From: a virus
Direction: 5' to 3' (one strand)
Virus record (IMG/VR): IMGVR_UViG_3300035157_000753
Span: 23,201-87,200 of that record
Length of the DNA stretch: 64,000 nucleotides
Below are positions 1 through 11,400 of this stretch, piece by piece. The notes under the pieces were generated by a model. It did not search any database, had not been told where the DNA came from, and saw nothing but the letters and a program-made list of their open reading frames with translations. How positions within the stretch are numbered: position 1 is the stretch's first letter; every line of letters begins with the position of its first letter. The translations under genes and the position numbers were made by a program.

Positions 1-3000
1 AGCACCAACTTTCTTACTAATACTTGTACCAGTCCAAGTAGTCTTCCATGAGTTCCACTGAATCGGAGTAAATCCATTCTGGTCAGCATTATATTCTCTG
101 ATAGTTGTTAAGAAATTACCTTCAACAATTGTTTCCTTAACCTTACCTAATTTTGTAGTATCTACCCAATTATCCTGTTCTGGATATAAGTTAATATCAC
201 CAACATATGTGAATACGTTAAATGGGTTTACATTCTCAACACCAGATGCAAATGGTTGGTCAAGTAAAACTGTATCAGTATAAGGAAGTGTTACTAGATC
301 ACCAGTTGTTCGTACATTAGTAGATGCAGTAGAGTAAACAAGAGGTATAGTAGTTGTAAAGTGAGAAGGTCTTAATTGCCCTTCCTCAAAGTCAAGAGAT
401 ACTCTATAATCTGGATGTAATGTGTCACTTGTAGCAAAACTAGAGAAATTATCTACAACAAATCCATTCTTGAATCTGCTAAGACCACTAGTATCTCTAA
501 TCTCCATAGCAGCAGTCTCACTTTCAAGTAATGAAAGTTGAGTATAATATTCTAAAGTCTTGATTCTATCTTCAAGGAACTGAATATCTTTAAATGTATA
601 TCTCTTATAATTTGTTTCTTTAATATCAATATCTGTCTCAACATCAAAAACATATGGTTTATATGTTAATGTTGCCAATAACATCGCATCTTCAACATCC
701 TCTGGTTCAACTGGATTTGATCCTGGAGCACCTTTTGCAATCTGGACAACATTGTCCTTATTCATAAAGACTTTATCAATTCTTGGAAGATAATACTGTA
801 GACTTAAAATTGTAGTATCACCTATTCCAGGAACTCCAATTACATTACCAGTAAAGGATCTTGATCCATAATCAAAAAACTCTGTTCCATTTAATGTCCA
901 TGGAGAAGCAACAGATCCAGATCCAGCAAGCTTTTCAACTACCTGTGGTCTAAAGTCTATGGCATCTCTCAATGGTTGCTCATCATAAGTTGGAATTATC
1001 TTATAATCAGCAGTATCATATGAATCTACTGTGTATGGATTATCTCCAGCAGTAGTAAGGAAACGGTCAAAGATTACTAAAACTTGATGTGTAGGTGCTG
1101 CATAGTTAGGTTTTCTAACAAGACTTGAGTAATCATAGAACTGATCTCTCATTCCATCATCTAAATCAAAACTATCAGTTATATCCTTTGCACCAGTAAT
1201 TATTTGCCCTGTGACAATTTTGAAAGTGGCAGAAGGGGATGTAATAGTTTCAGCATCTGTGAATTTATCGTCATCTACTGGAATAAAGTATACCTTATTG
1301 TTTGTACTGTCATATGAAACAACTCTTGCCCTAGAACCCGAATCATCACCTGTAAGAACATCATCTACAGCAATAGTACCAACTAAGTTGGTAAACTGTA
1401 GGTTAGGAATCATCTCATTGAGGGTAGCAGTCGCATTAGTAGATTCATAAATTGCTTTAATCTTGAATACATCACTACAACCTAAAGAAATCCTAGCATC
1501 ATCTACTCTGTATCCATATCCATCATCCTCAGCATTCTCTTGAGTTAATCCATTAACACCAGCAACTACACTCTTATTGAGTTTGAGGATCTTCATCCTC
1601 TCAGTAGTTTTAACTTTAGCAGATCTATTAGATGCATAGACTGTAGCAATTACATCAATTGTCTGTCCATTACTAAGACCAGTTACTGTGACACTCTGAA
1701 CATTGGCTGAAGAACCAGAGAATCCAGGTGCTTGGAAGATATCACCTTCATTAGTACCTGCACTAACAGACATCAAGAAGTCATCATTATCTGCAGCATT
1801 CTTGAATACAAGTCCAGCACCAGCATTAAATGTATGAGTTGTTCCTGATACTGTACCACTAATAGTTTTTCTAAAGTATCCAGCTGGAGTAACAGTATTA
1901 TCTTTATTAGTATTCTTTACTGCATCAAATCCAAGAGGAGTAATAAGCTTATTCTTTTGTGCTTCCTTAATCTCAGCACGAGATCTAATTATAGAACTGG
2001 TAATAGATCCTGTAGCCATTGCAGCTGCACCAGCACCACCAGCCTTAATAACATCCATAACATAGGCACTAGTAATACCAGTAACCTTAACCCTCTGTGC
2101 AACACTGTTGTTGGAGAATTCAATTATATCTCCTACTTTTAGTTGACTTTGGAAATTAGAAAGCTGTGCTGTAATTGTAGCAGTCTGTGTAGCACCACTA
2201 CTTCCTAAATTTGAGATAATAGGAGCAGATCCAGGAAGTGCAACTCTTACATCTAATCTTGCATCAGCACAACCATTAGTACCATACTTATAAGATTTTA
2301 CATCACGGAAATCGTAAGTTATAACAGAAGCAGCATTATTATCTAACTGTCCTAGTTGAGTTCCACTATTTGCTTTGTTTAGGTCTAAATACTCATTCTG
2401 AACAAAATTACCTGTTACATCAATAAGATATCCTTCCTGATTTGCAGAAGCACCATTAGCATCAACTGCTACGTATCCAGTAGCACCAGAAGTTCTACCT
2501 ACAACAAAATCACCTACATGCCAATTTATACCACCTTGACAATTTAATTTAGTGTAGAATTTTGTATCTAATATATTAATTCTATAAACTGTAGTAGCAG
2601 TATTAACAGTACCTGATTCATAAGCAGCATTAAGTACTCTAGTTCTACCAATAGTATTACCAGCAGCAGTACCTGCTGAAGTTATTATTTCATCTCTAAG
2701 TTCAATATCTTCATATATTGTAGGTACTTCAGAAGCATTGGTTAAAAATATGTAATTACCAACATCAGTAGTTATAGATTGATTATCTGCACCTGTAAAA
2801 GTTCTTGGCTTATCAACATCCTTATATGTTGTTGATAATCTTTCTGTTCTATATCCAGAAACATATGCAGAACCTGAAGATAATTGAACAGCAATATTAG
2901 CTTCATCTGCTGTATTACCATCTGCAGTAGTTGTACCTGATGCATATACACCATTATTAAAACCATCATCAAGATTCTCTCTTGCATCTATAGTAAATTT

Positions 3001-3936
3001 CTTAACATAATAGTCACCAGATTCTTCTTTAGTTCTAGTTGCAAGAACATCATTAATGAACCCAAGATCACTTCTCTCTACTTTCTTTTGAATCTTACCA
3101 GTATTAGTTCTTAAAAGTTCAATAAAGTCAGCAGAGTTAGGATCTGTAGTTGCTTTTTTAACTAATGTTAGATTAATTTTAAATCTATCTGCACCTGGAG
3201 CAGAGAAGTTTGTACTACCGATTGCATTATCATATAGAGATGCATCTTCATCAGCAGTTATGATCTTTTCTTCTACTTTTAAACCAACTTTATATGATGG
3301 ATTTGTACCATATTGGTCTAAAATAAGAGTCTGTTCATTTACAGGAACAAAATATCCCCTAACATAATAAACACCAGCACCAACATTAGCAGTAGAACCT
3401 TTAGAGTTAGAATTAGAATTTAAAAGCTGTGCAAGAGGAGTTCCAGCAGCAATAGTTGTGGAAAGATATGTTATATCTGTCTCACAAGTAAGTGTTTCAC
3501 CGTCTGTGAATGTAGTTGTAGTATTATCGTCTGCTTTTTGTAGATAATTTATATAAAATGTTATCTGATTCTTGGTTGATGTAGAGGAACTAATAGAAAA
3601 TAGGACACGACCACGAACACCAGAGGTAGATCCTTTAATTACTAATCCATCAAGAGCAGTTCTGTATAATTCTACATCTAAATTCAAATAAGAATTATTG
3701 ATTATAACACAAGCAACATCATTGTTCAGAGTAATACCACCAGGGATTACCTGAGCACCTTCTTTATATACACCCTGACCGAAAGAATCGATCTGGTTTT
3801 GCATTAAACTCTGGAGAGTTGTTAGCTCCCTTGCCTGTACAGGATATCCAGGTTTAAATAAGACTTTTAAAAAGCCCTTACTCGAATCAAAGTCGTCGTA
3901 GTAAGGAGCAATATTCAGGTTCGTGTTCTGTGCCAT
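1..3936 (-). CDS. Large virion structural protein (DUF4815/VrlC-like), runs off the window edge
   Basis: Absent from the ORF track. ATG at 3936 reads MAQNTNLNIAPYYDDFD..KVLFKPGYPVQARELTTLQS; later APGADRFKI and FKNGFVVDNF motifs typical of the family; abuts the gp8 stop. Confidence 0.85.
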   Translation of the reverse strand, partial: MAQNTNLNIAPYYDDFDSSKGFLKVLFKPGYPVQARELTTLQSLMQNQIDSFGQGVYKEGAQVIPGGITLNNDVACVIINNSYLNLDVELYRTALDGLVIKGSTSGVRGRVLFSISSSTSTKNQITFYINYLQKADDNTTTTFTDGETLTCETDITYLSTTIAAGTPLAQLLNSNSNSKGSTANVGAGVYYVRGYFVPVNEQTLILDQYGTNPSYKVGLKVEEKIITADEDASLYDNAIGSTNFSAPGADRFKINLTLVKKATTDPNSADFIELLRTNTGKIQKKVERSDLGFINDVLATRTKEESGDYYVKKFTIDARENLDDGFNNGVYASGTTTADGNTADEANIAVQLSSGSAYVSGYRTERLSTTYKDVDKPRTFTGADNQSITTDVGNYIFLTNASEVPTIYEDIELRDEIITSAGTAAGNTIGRTRVLNAAYESGTVNTATTVYRINILDTKFYTKLNCQGGINWHVGDFVVGRTSGATGYVAVDANGASANQEGYLIDVTGNFVQNEYLDLNKANSGTQLGQLDNNAASVITYDFRDVKSYKYGTNGCADARLDVRVALPGSAPIISNLGSSGATQTATITAQLSNFQSQLKVGDIIEFSNNSVAQRVKVTGITSAYVMDVIKAGGAGAAAMATGSITSSIIRSRAEIKEAQKNKLITPLGFDAVKNTNKDNTVTPAGYFRKTISGTVSGTTHTFNAGAGLVFKNAADNDDFLMSVSAGTNEGDIFQAPGFSGSSANVQSVTVTGLSNGQTIDVIATVYASNRSAKVKTTERMKILKLNKSVVAGVNGLTQENAEDDGYGYRVDDARISLGCSDVFKIKAIYESTNATATLNEMIPNLQFTNLVGTIAVDDVLTGDDSGSRARVVSYDSTNNKVYFIPVDDDKFTDAETITSPSATFKIVTGQIITGAKDITDSFDLDDGMRDQFYDYSSLVRKPNYAAPTHQVLVIFDRFLTTAGDNPYTVDSYDTADYKIIPTYDEQPLRDAIDFRPQVVEKLAGSGSVASPWTLNGTEFFDYGSRSFTGNVIGVPGIGDTTILSLQYYLPRIDKVFMNKDNVVQIAKGAPGSNPVEPEDVEDAMLLATLTYKPYVFDVETDIDIKETNYKRYTFKDIQFLEDRIKTLEYYTQLSLLESETAAMEIRDTSGLSRFKNGFVVDNFSSFATSDTLHPDYRVSLDFEEGQLRPSHFTTTIPLVYSTASTNVRTTGDLVTLPYTDTVLLDQPFASGVENVNPFNVFTYVGDINLYPEQDNWVDTTKLGKVKETIVEGNFLTTIREYNADQNGFTPIQWNSWKTTWTGTSISKKVGA

Positions 3937-5451
3937 TTAGAATTCTATGACTACTTTGATTTCTTCATTTTGATCAGCCGATCTAGTGATCGGATTTCTA
4001 TTGTCTATGTAGAGCATTTCACCAGATCCAAGTTCAATTTCTTGGTTGGCATAACCAGTTACAAATGATAATCCCAACTCATATACAGATACACCGATAG
4101 TAATCTGAGTAACAGGAACAGCGGATGTTCCTATAGTTGCATCGGGAGTTGCTGTATAAGCATTTTGAGAAGATGTAATCTGATTTGCTCCAGAAAATGC
4201 AATAACATTTCCATTGACAGTACCATCGACTGAGTTTTGATAATACTTCAATACTTTAGTTGTAGAATCATATGAAACTACAAATCCTTTAGCATTCGTA
4301 GATGCTTGTGTGATTGTTTCACCAGGTGCGAAGTTTCCACTAGGTGAACCAGTACCAGCCTGAGGGAAGATCATTGCCTTTACAGCAGATCTTGTATTCT
4401 GACTACAAACTGTCGAGGTATTGTAATCAAATGGATTTAAGACAAGTCCAACTCGTCTATAAGTCAAGTCATTAGGAAAATCAACAAATGCACTACTAGT
4501 TTCTAACTTACTAGTAAACATAAGGCGATATGCACCTAATTCTCTAACAACATTCTTTCCATGTCCACCAGAAGGAGGAATAACAACATCAAGAGATGCT
4601 CCAGTACCACTTCCAACATTAGGAATTAAAGCAACATCAATTGTTCCAAAAGTATATCCAGAACCAGCAGTAGTGATAGTAACAGATTCAACTGAACCAG
4701 AAGTTATCTTCACCGTACATTTTGCTTCATTTCCACCATTAATTTCCCAATCACCACGAATGGGAACATCAGTATACTCTTTATTATTATAACCAGTTCC
4801 AGCATTCTCAACAACTACACTATCAATAGCACCTGCACCAGCAGCGGCTTGGACTAAAGTATTTGTCAATACAGGAATAAATTCTGAAGTAACAAACTTA
4901 AGAATGTTATCAGCGTCAATGGTGTACATATACTTCCAACGATAGGAGTATACACCAGGACTATCACCAGTTTCTATAATAGTAGTTGATGTACCAGTTG
5001 GTTCTACCAATGAGGGTCTTCCTCTAGGGAATTCTGGATTCTGACCATTGTACAAACACTTGTACACATTAAAATCAGAGTTCATTACATAAAAATTACT
5101 GTCATAGAGCCTAGTAGCTCCATTGGCAGTAGTCTTGGTTGGTGCGTAGTCAGGCTTATACATTGAATATGTACGTCCTACTCCACCTGTTGTTTGAGTT
5201 GGGTCAACCCAATCAACTCTTGGTACTACTAAAGCAGTATCCGAGATATCTACACGCTTAAAGGCAACGGAATCAGCGTATGATTCTGATTGATACTCAA
5301 AACTATCGATAGGTTCACCTGCAGGTGGTACATCTGTACTACCCCAAGATTTCGCCCTACCGACGAACATAAACACCTTATTCTGGGTTAACAAAGTATC
5401 CCTGAAGCTTTCTGCGGCGTAAATTCTAAATTTGTCAGTAACTAATGCCAT
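3937..5451 (-). CDS. gp8: Baseplate wedge subunit gp8
   Basis: 504 aa; FYVMNSDFNVYKCLYN, YRWKYMYTI and C-terminal RSADQNEEIKVVIEF; synteny gp25-gp6-gp7-gp8. Confidence 0.93.
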   Translation of the reverse strand: MALVTDKFRIYAAESFRDTLLTQNKVFMFVGRAKSWGSTDVPPAGEPIDSFEYQSESYADSVAFKRVDISDTALVVPRVDWVDPTQTTGGVGRTYSMYKPDYAPTKTTANGATRLYDSNFYVMNSDFNVYKCLYNGQNPEFPRGRPSLVEPTGTSTTIIETGDSPGVYSYRWKYMYTIDADNILKFVTSEFIPVLTNTLVQAAAGAGAIDSVVVENAGTGYNNKEYTDVPIRGDWEINGGNEAKCTVKITSGSVESVTITTAGSGYTFGTIDVALIPNVGSGTGASLDVVIPPSGGHGKNVVRELGAYRLMFTSKLETSSAFVDFPNDLTYRRVGLVLNPFDYNTSTVCSQNTRSAVKAMIFPQAGTGSPSGNFAPGETITQASTNAKGFVVSYDSTTKVLKYYQNSVDGTVNGNVIAFSGANQITSSQNAYTATPDATIGTSAVPVTQITIGVSVYELGLSFVTGYANQEIELGSGEMLYIDNRNPITRSADQNEEIKVVIEF

Positions 5452-5470
5452 GCCATTGAGCTTTTGTTGT

Positions 5471-5478
5471 TATTTATA
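5471..5478 (-). promoter_or_regulatory. T4-type late promoter TATAAATA
   Basis: Exact consensus about 20 nt upstream of the gp8 ATG. Confidence 0.8.
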
Positions 5479-8400
5479 ATGATCTCAGACGAACTTCTGG
5501 AAGAAGTGAGACGTTTCCGCTTGCTGTGCGCGAGAACGGATATTCAACTGTAAATGTATCTACAGCTGTGACAGTAACTTTATATGCTCCGTCAAATCCA
5601 TCGCCTGAAGTATGATCTAGATATATGCTCATACCTGTTATCAGGTTATGAGCTGCAGAAGTAGTAACTGTACATACAGTTCCTGAAGAACTATACGTTC
5701 CTGTCTGAATGGATATTGCAGAAGCTGTAGTTCCACCATATCCTCTACCACCTGTTGCAACTGTAAGAGTGTTAGCAGTCGTGTTCTTAGAACCATATAG
5801 AATCCTTTCACAGGTCCATGATCCTTTAGATGCATCCCAATATGGAATTAAGACTTCTCCCTCATCAGGGAAACCTATATTCTGACTGACATCAAAGTAT
5901 ATATTCTTACAAGTTAAAGTTGTATCTACAGCAGAAATAGCAGTAGACAAATATGTATTTGCTAGTGCAAGAGTATTAGAGATAAGTCTCTGTCTTGATT
6001 TTCTCTCTACATGTAAAGGATGTACAGCAAACACAGTTGGTGGTGTTAAGTATCCAGCACCACCATTTAGATTAACGACAGAGGTTACTCTACCACTTCC
6101 AGATTGAATAACTGTTTCTGCAGATGCTCCTGTTCCACTACCACCTTGGAAATAAAGAATTGGTGGAACTTCATAATTACTACCTCCATCTAATATACTA
6201 ACTGTATTAACCTTTCCATTATTAATTGTACATTCAAAATTAGCAACGGTTGGTCTTAATCCTGTATACTCATAAGTGTCTATAGAAGTTGCACTTGATA
6301 CTGTTGCTAATAGACGATCTTCACCTTCACTCTTAACCATAATTCTATCATTAGCATCAAGAGAATTGAAAGTATTAGAAATGAATATATCTTCTGCAGA
6401 TCCAACGTAAATATAAAGACTGCATGTTGATCCTGCTCTTGGAGCTTCAAAGAATTCAATAATTGATCCGTTTAATTGATATGCAACTCCAGGTTCCTGG
6501 AATACACCATTAATAAAGATCATTACGTTATTAGCTGGTTCAACAGAAGTGTTATCACTCTGTAAGGAGAATGGTTCGCTATTCAACGTCATAACAAAAG
6601 TCTGTCTAGCATTATCAAAGAAAGGAGCTATTGTATCAAGTAATTGTAATTTACCGAAGTAGAATCCATAGAAGTCCATACCACTAGTAGGTGCTTCAGT
6701 AAAGGATATTGTACTTCCTGTATATGTGTATGCTTCTGTGCTACCTTTAATCTGAAGAATACTATTCAAGAATATCAAGAAGTTATCAGATGCAGGTAAT
6801 GCATAGTTACTACCAGCAACTTTAGCACTGAATATCTTATCAGTTCCATCAAATGCCACAGTACCAACTTCAACTTGGAATTCTGGATTTGATGAAGATG
6901 TTCTAGTGATTCCAGTTAAATTACCTGCTCCACCAGAAGTGGTTCCAACTGCCTGAGTAACAATTGCAGTTAAAGTAGTAATTGCAGATGCAACATCAGT
7001 ACAATCATTAGTATCATAAGTTGCATTACCACTATCATTAGTAATAGTTAAATCTCTGTACTGTGCTCCCTCTGTATAAGAGTTTGTTGTAACTGAGATA
7101 TTACGCATAACCTCACGACAGATATCTCTAGCATGATTGAATACTAATACAGTCTGATCTTCTTCACCTTGTAAATGAACTGTACCAACATAGTATTTCG
7201 CTGCATCATAAGTAGAATCATTACCACCAAACTCAATATTATTAGCAATAGCTTGAGCAATTAACTTAGTATCACGAATACACTTAACAAAACTAGGAAC
7301 AACGAATGTGCTATTAGTAGCCATCATTCTTCCATAAGCAGTTGTTGCAATAAAGTCTAAGTTTTCACGTATCAATCTACCAGCATCAGCAAGTCTGTCA
7401 TATTCATATCCACCAGATTGTACAAGAGACCTTGTGACACTATTTGCATTGGCACTTACGAACTGATGTGCAAAACCAGTCTTAACAGACCCAGGTGTTG
7501 CATTAACGAACGTATGTGTATGGTTACCACCTGATCTAATAGCATTAGCAGTTGCTTGAATGAAGGTATGAGTATAATTACCTCCTGCTATGACGGCTGT
7601 AGCACCTGCTGATACAAAACTATGAGCATACTGATGAGTAATAGCAGAATCTCTATTGTTAGTATTAATCGTGATAACGCCAGTTTGCTTCTTGACGGCA
7701 GAGCGAGTAATAGAGTTACTAACTGCGGAGATAAACGTATGAGCTGTCGTATTAGTTGACGGTACACTGTTTAGAACCTGTATATCGAAAGTGTTGGTTG
7801 TGACATTGTATATCTTAACCCATTGACCGCTAATTGGGTCTGTACTACGAGGGTAGTTATGGAATGAAGTATGGAAGTCCTCATTACATGTAAATTTGAA
7901 GGTGTCATCATCAATCTTAATTTCATCACCAGCAACGAATCCATGATTATTAATAGTTATAGTGAATACACCTGTAAGAGGATCATAAGCAGCAACAGTA
8001 GGTGTTAACTTACCTTCGGGTACAAATGTATGAGCGTGCTGTCCATTAGGTCCAGCAACACCAACATTGATATCAAACGTATCAGTTGTAACATTTGATA
8101 CAAGCATCCATTCATCATAATTAGGATCTTCTAAAGTTGGATAACTCTTAACTGTTGCATTACTATCCTTATTACATGTGAACTTCAATGCACCTTGATT
8201 GACCTTAACATAATCACCATTAGAGAAACCATGTCCAGCAACTGTTGCTGTTAGTACACCTGTACCAGGTGCATATGTAGCATTTGATACAGCATGAGAT
8301 GTATATCCAACACTCTTAATAGGAATTGGTCTATCATATGCCCAATCCTTTTTCTTCTTCATACCATTGCTAACAGCACTATCAAAAGTATGTACTGTTA

Positions 8401-11400
8401 CGTTAGTAGAAGGAATAGAATCTAATACCTGAACCTTAAAGGTTGTATTGTCAGCATCCCAAATAGTTAACCATCTACCACTAGCAGGATCAGTTGCTCT
8501 AGGATAAGCATGTGTGCCTCCACCTTGAGTGCAAGTGAATACAATAGCACTATCATCAAATTTAACTTGATCACCGTTCACAAAGGCACCTGCACCCCCT
8601 CCATGAGTAATAGTCATAATACCTGTAGCAGGATCATAATCTGCATCTGTTGGGGTATATGAAATAGTATCAGTTCTAGGATAAGACTGGTTGCTAACAC
8701 CACCATTATCACAACTCATCACAATACCACCATCTGCCAACTTGATAGTATCTCCTTTTCTTTGAACACAATTATCTGAAGCAGAAACAAATGTGTGTGC
8801 TTGACCTGTTGCTCCAGTTGCAACATAGAAATTCAATAATATTGTATCATTTGTTACATCAATTACTTGTAACCATGATCTATAGGCAGGATCTGTTACT
8901 CTTGGATAACTATGATTTCCAGCACCAGCAGTACATGTGAATGTTAATGATTCTTTGGCAATCTGAACAAAGTCACCTTTATTGATAGTATGACCTTTGA
9001 TTGTTAATGTCGCTATACCTGTAGCAGGATCATAAGCAATATCAGTTGGAGTGAATGTATCATATCCACGGAACTTATGCCCACCAACAGTTAGATCAAG
9101 ATCTCCATTAGCAAGGTTAAGAGCAGCACCTGTTGGTTGATAATTTACAGTAGGTGATGGTCCAACATTAACTGTGATTGTTGTTCCAGTTGTAGCAGTA
9201 ATATATTGATTAGTCTTAGCAGCTGGATCTGTTACTCTAGGATAGTTGTGTAAAGTAGCACCTAAGCTAGTTAGATTTCCACTAGCAAGAGTACCATCAT
9301 TCTCCATATGACATCTAAACATCAAGGAGTTAACATCAATATTAATACTATTTCCAACCTCAAGACTATGAGATCCAATAGTTAATTGAAGATCTCCAGT
9401 TGTTGCAGTATAGGTAGCTGCCGTTGGAGTAAATGCAACTTCAGGTGATGCACCAACATCAACGGTAAATGTGTCTGAAGTAACGGACTCGACTCCAAGT
9501 ACTGCCTTAGAAGACCTATCACCTGCAGCTGGATATGAATGTCTGGAGAAGTCATCATCCATTGAGCATGTGAATGTCAATGCGTCATCATCAATGCTAA
9601 CGAAGCTAGTTGCATAAAGAATACCATCTGCCAATCCAGAAACGAATGCATGAGTAGTGGTATTAGTACAAGGAGTATCATCCAAACATTGAATATCAAA
9701 TGTATCTGTAGTCACTGCTCTAATTGTAATCCACTTACCGCTAATTGGATCTGTTGAACGTGGGTAAGCACTCTGACCGCCACCACCGTGAGTACAACTC
9801 ATGGTTATAGCACCATCCTTAAGTTTTACTTTATCTCCTGCTTCAAATCCATGTCCAGTAACAGTTATTGTAACAATACCAGTTGATGTATTAAATGCTG
9901 CATCAGTTGCAGTATGAGATGTAGCAGCAGTCAATCCATGGTTATCAACACTCATTGACAAAGCACCTGTAGATGCATTGAATGTAGCTGAGGTTGGTGT
10001 CATTGCCTTCTCTACTGCCTGTCCAATATTAACTTTGAAATTATTTGTAGATACTTCAAATACATTGAGCCAGTTACCTGCAGCAGGATCAGTAGATCTT
10101 GGATATGTGTGATTTGTAGCATATCCATCACGAGAGCACTTGAAGGTTAAACCATCAGTAGCAAACTGAACAAAGTCACCATTAGAAAGACCATGAGCAG
10201 TAGCCCAGACTTCCATTATGCCAGTAGTAGCATCATAATCACAGTATGATGGTTGATACTGATAAGTTGCTAGTGAATCAAATGTATGTGTAGTAGTATT
10301 TGTAGCAGCAGTACCATTTAATGCATTAACAGTAAACGTAGTAGATGTTATAGCATCAACTGGGACATTCTTACCAGAAATAGGATCTGAAGAACGAGGA
10401 TATGAATGAACACCTCCACCATGAGTACAAGTGAAGTTCAATGAGTTATTTGAGAACTTAACTGTAGATGTGGCAATGCTTAGACCAGAAGCAACAGCAG
10501 ATACAAATGAATGAGCATCAGTATTTGTAGAAGGAATTGTATCCAGTACAGTTACATCAAATGTATTAGTTGTTATGTTTGATACTTCTAACCACCTATC
10601 ACTAGCATAGTCAGTACTACGTGGATAATCCTTTTGTGCTGCAGCACCAGAAGCACCACCAAACGCACAACTTAATTTAAGTGAACCATCAGCAAACTTA
10701 ACCTGATCACCTGCCTTTAATCCATGTGCCACTACAGTAACTGTCATAATACCTGTAGTTGGGTTATAGTCAGCATCAGTTACAGTTGTGGTTGTAGGAG
10801 CAGTTAAAGTATGTTCTCCAACAGTTAATTGTAGTACACCTGTACTAGGAGTGTATGCTGCAGCACTAGGTACATATGAATTGGTTAATGGTTTTCCAAT
10901 TGGACTGATTCCTAAGATATCATTTTCTGTATATCCGTTACCTGGGTTGTTTAATACTACATTCTTAACACCACCATCAACAACAACTATATCACCAGTA
11001 GCACCAACACCTGTTCCAATCTTATTGAATAATGGAATGTTAGTATATGTACCATCTGCATATCCTGTACCAGCAGTCAGTCCATCAGGAGTGTCTCTAA
11101 CGGGACTTAGATTAGTATTGACCTGTACAGTAATAGTAGTAGCAGTTTCTGCTGTAATTGCCAAGGTAGCACCAAATGCTTCATCCGATGGTCTTGGATA
11201 AGCATGTGTACTAGCATGATTATCAGCAGCACAAGTGAACTTAAGAGAACTATCAGCAATCTGAATAGTATCACTAGTTGTATAGCTATGAGATCCAATA
11301 GTTAATTCTAAGAGACCAGTAGCAGGAGTATATGCAGCATCTGTTACATTCTTCTGGGTATTACTATCACTAACCACAGTTACAGCATTGGTTACTGTAC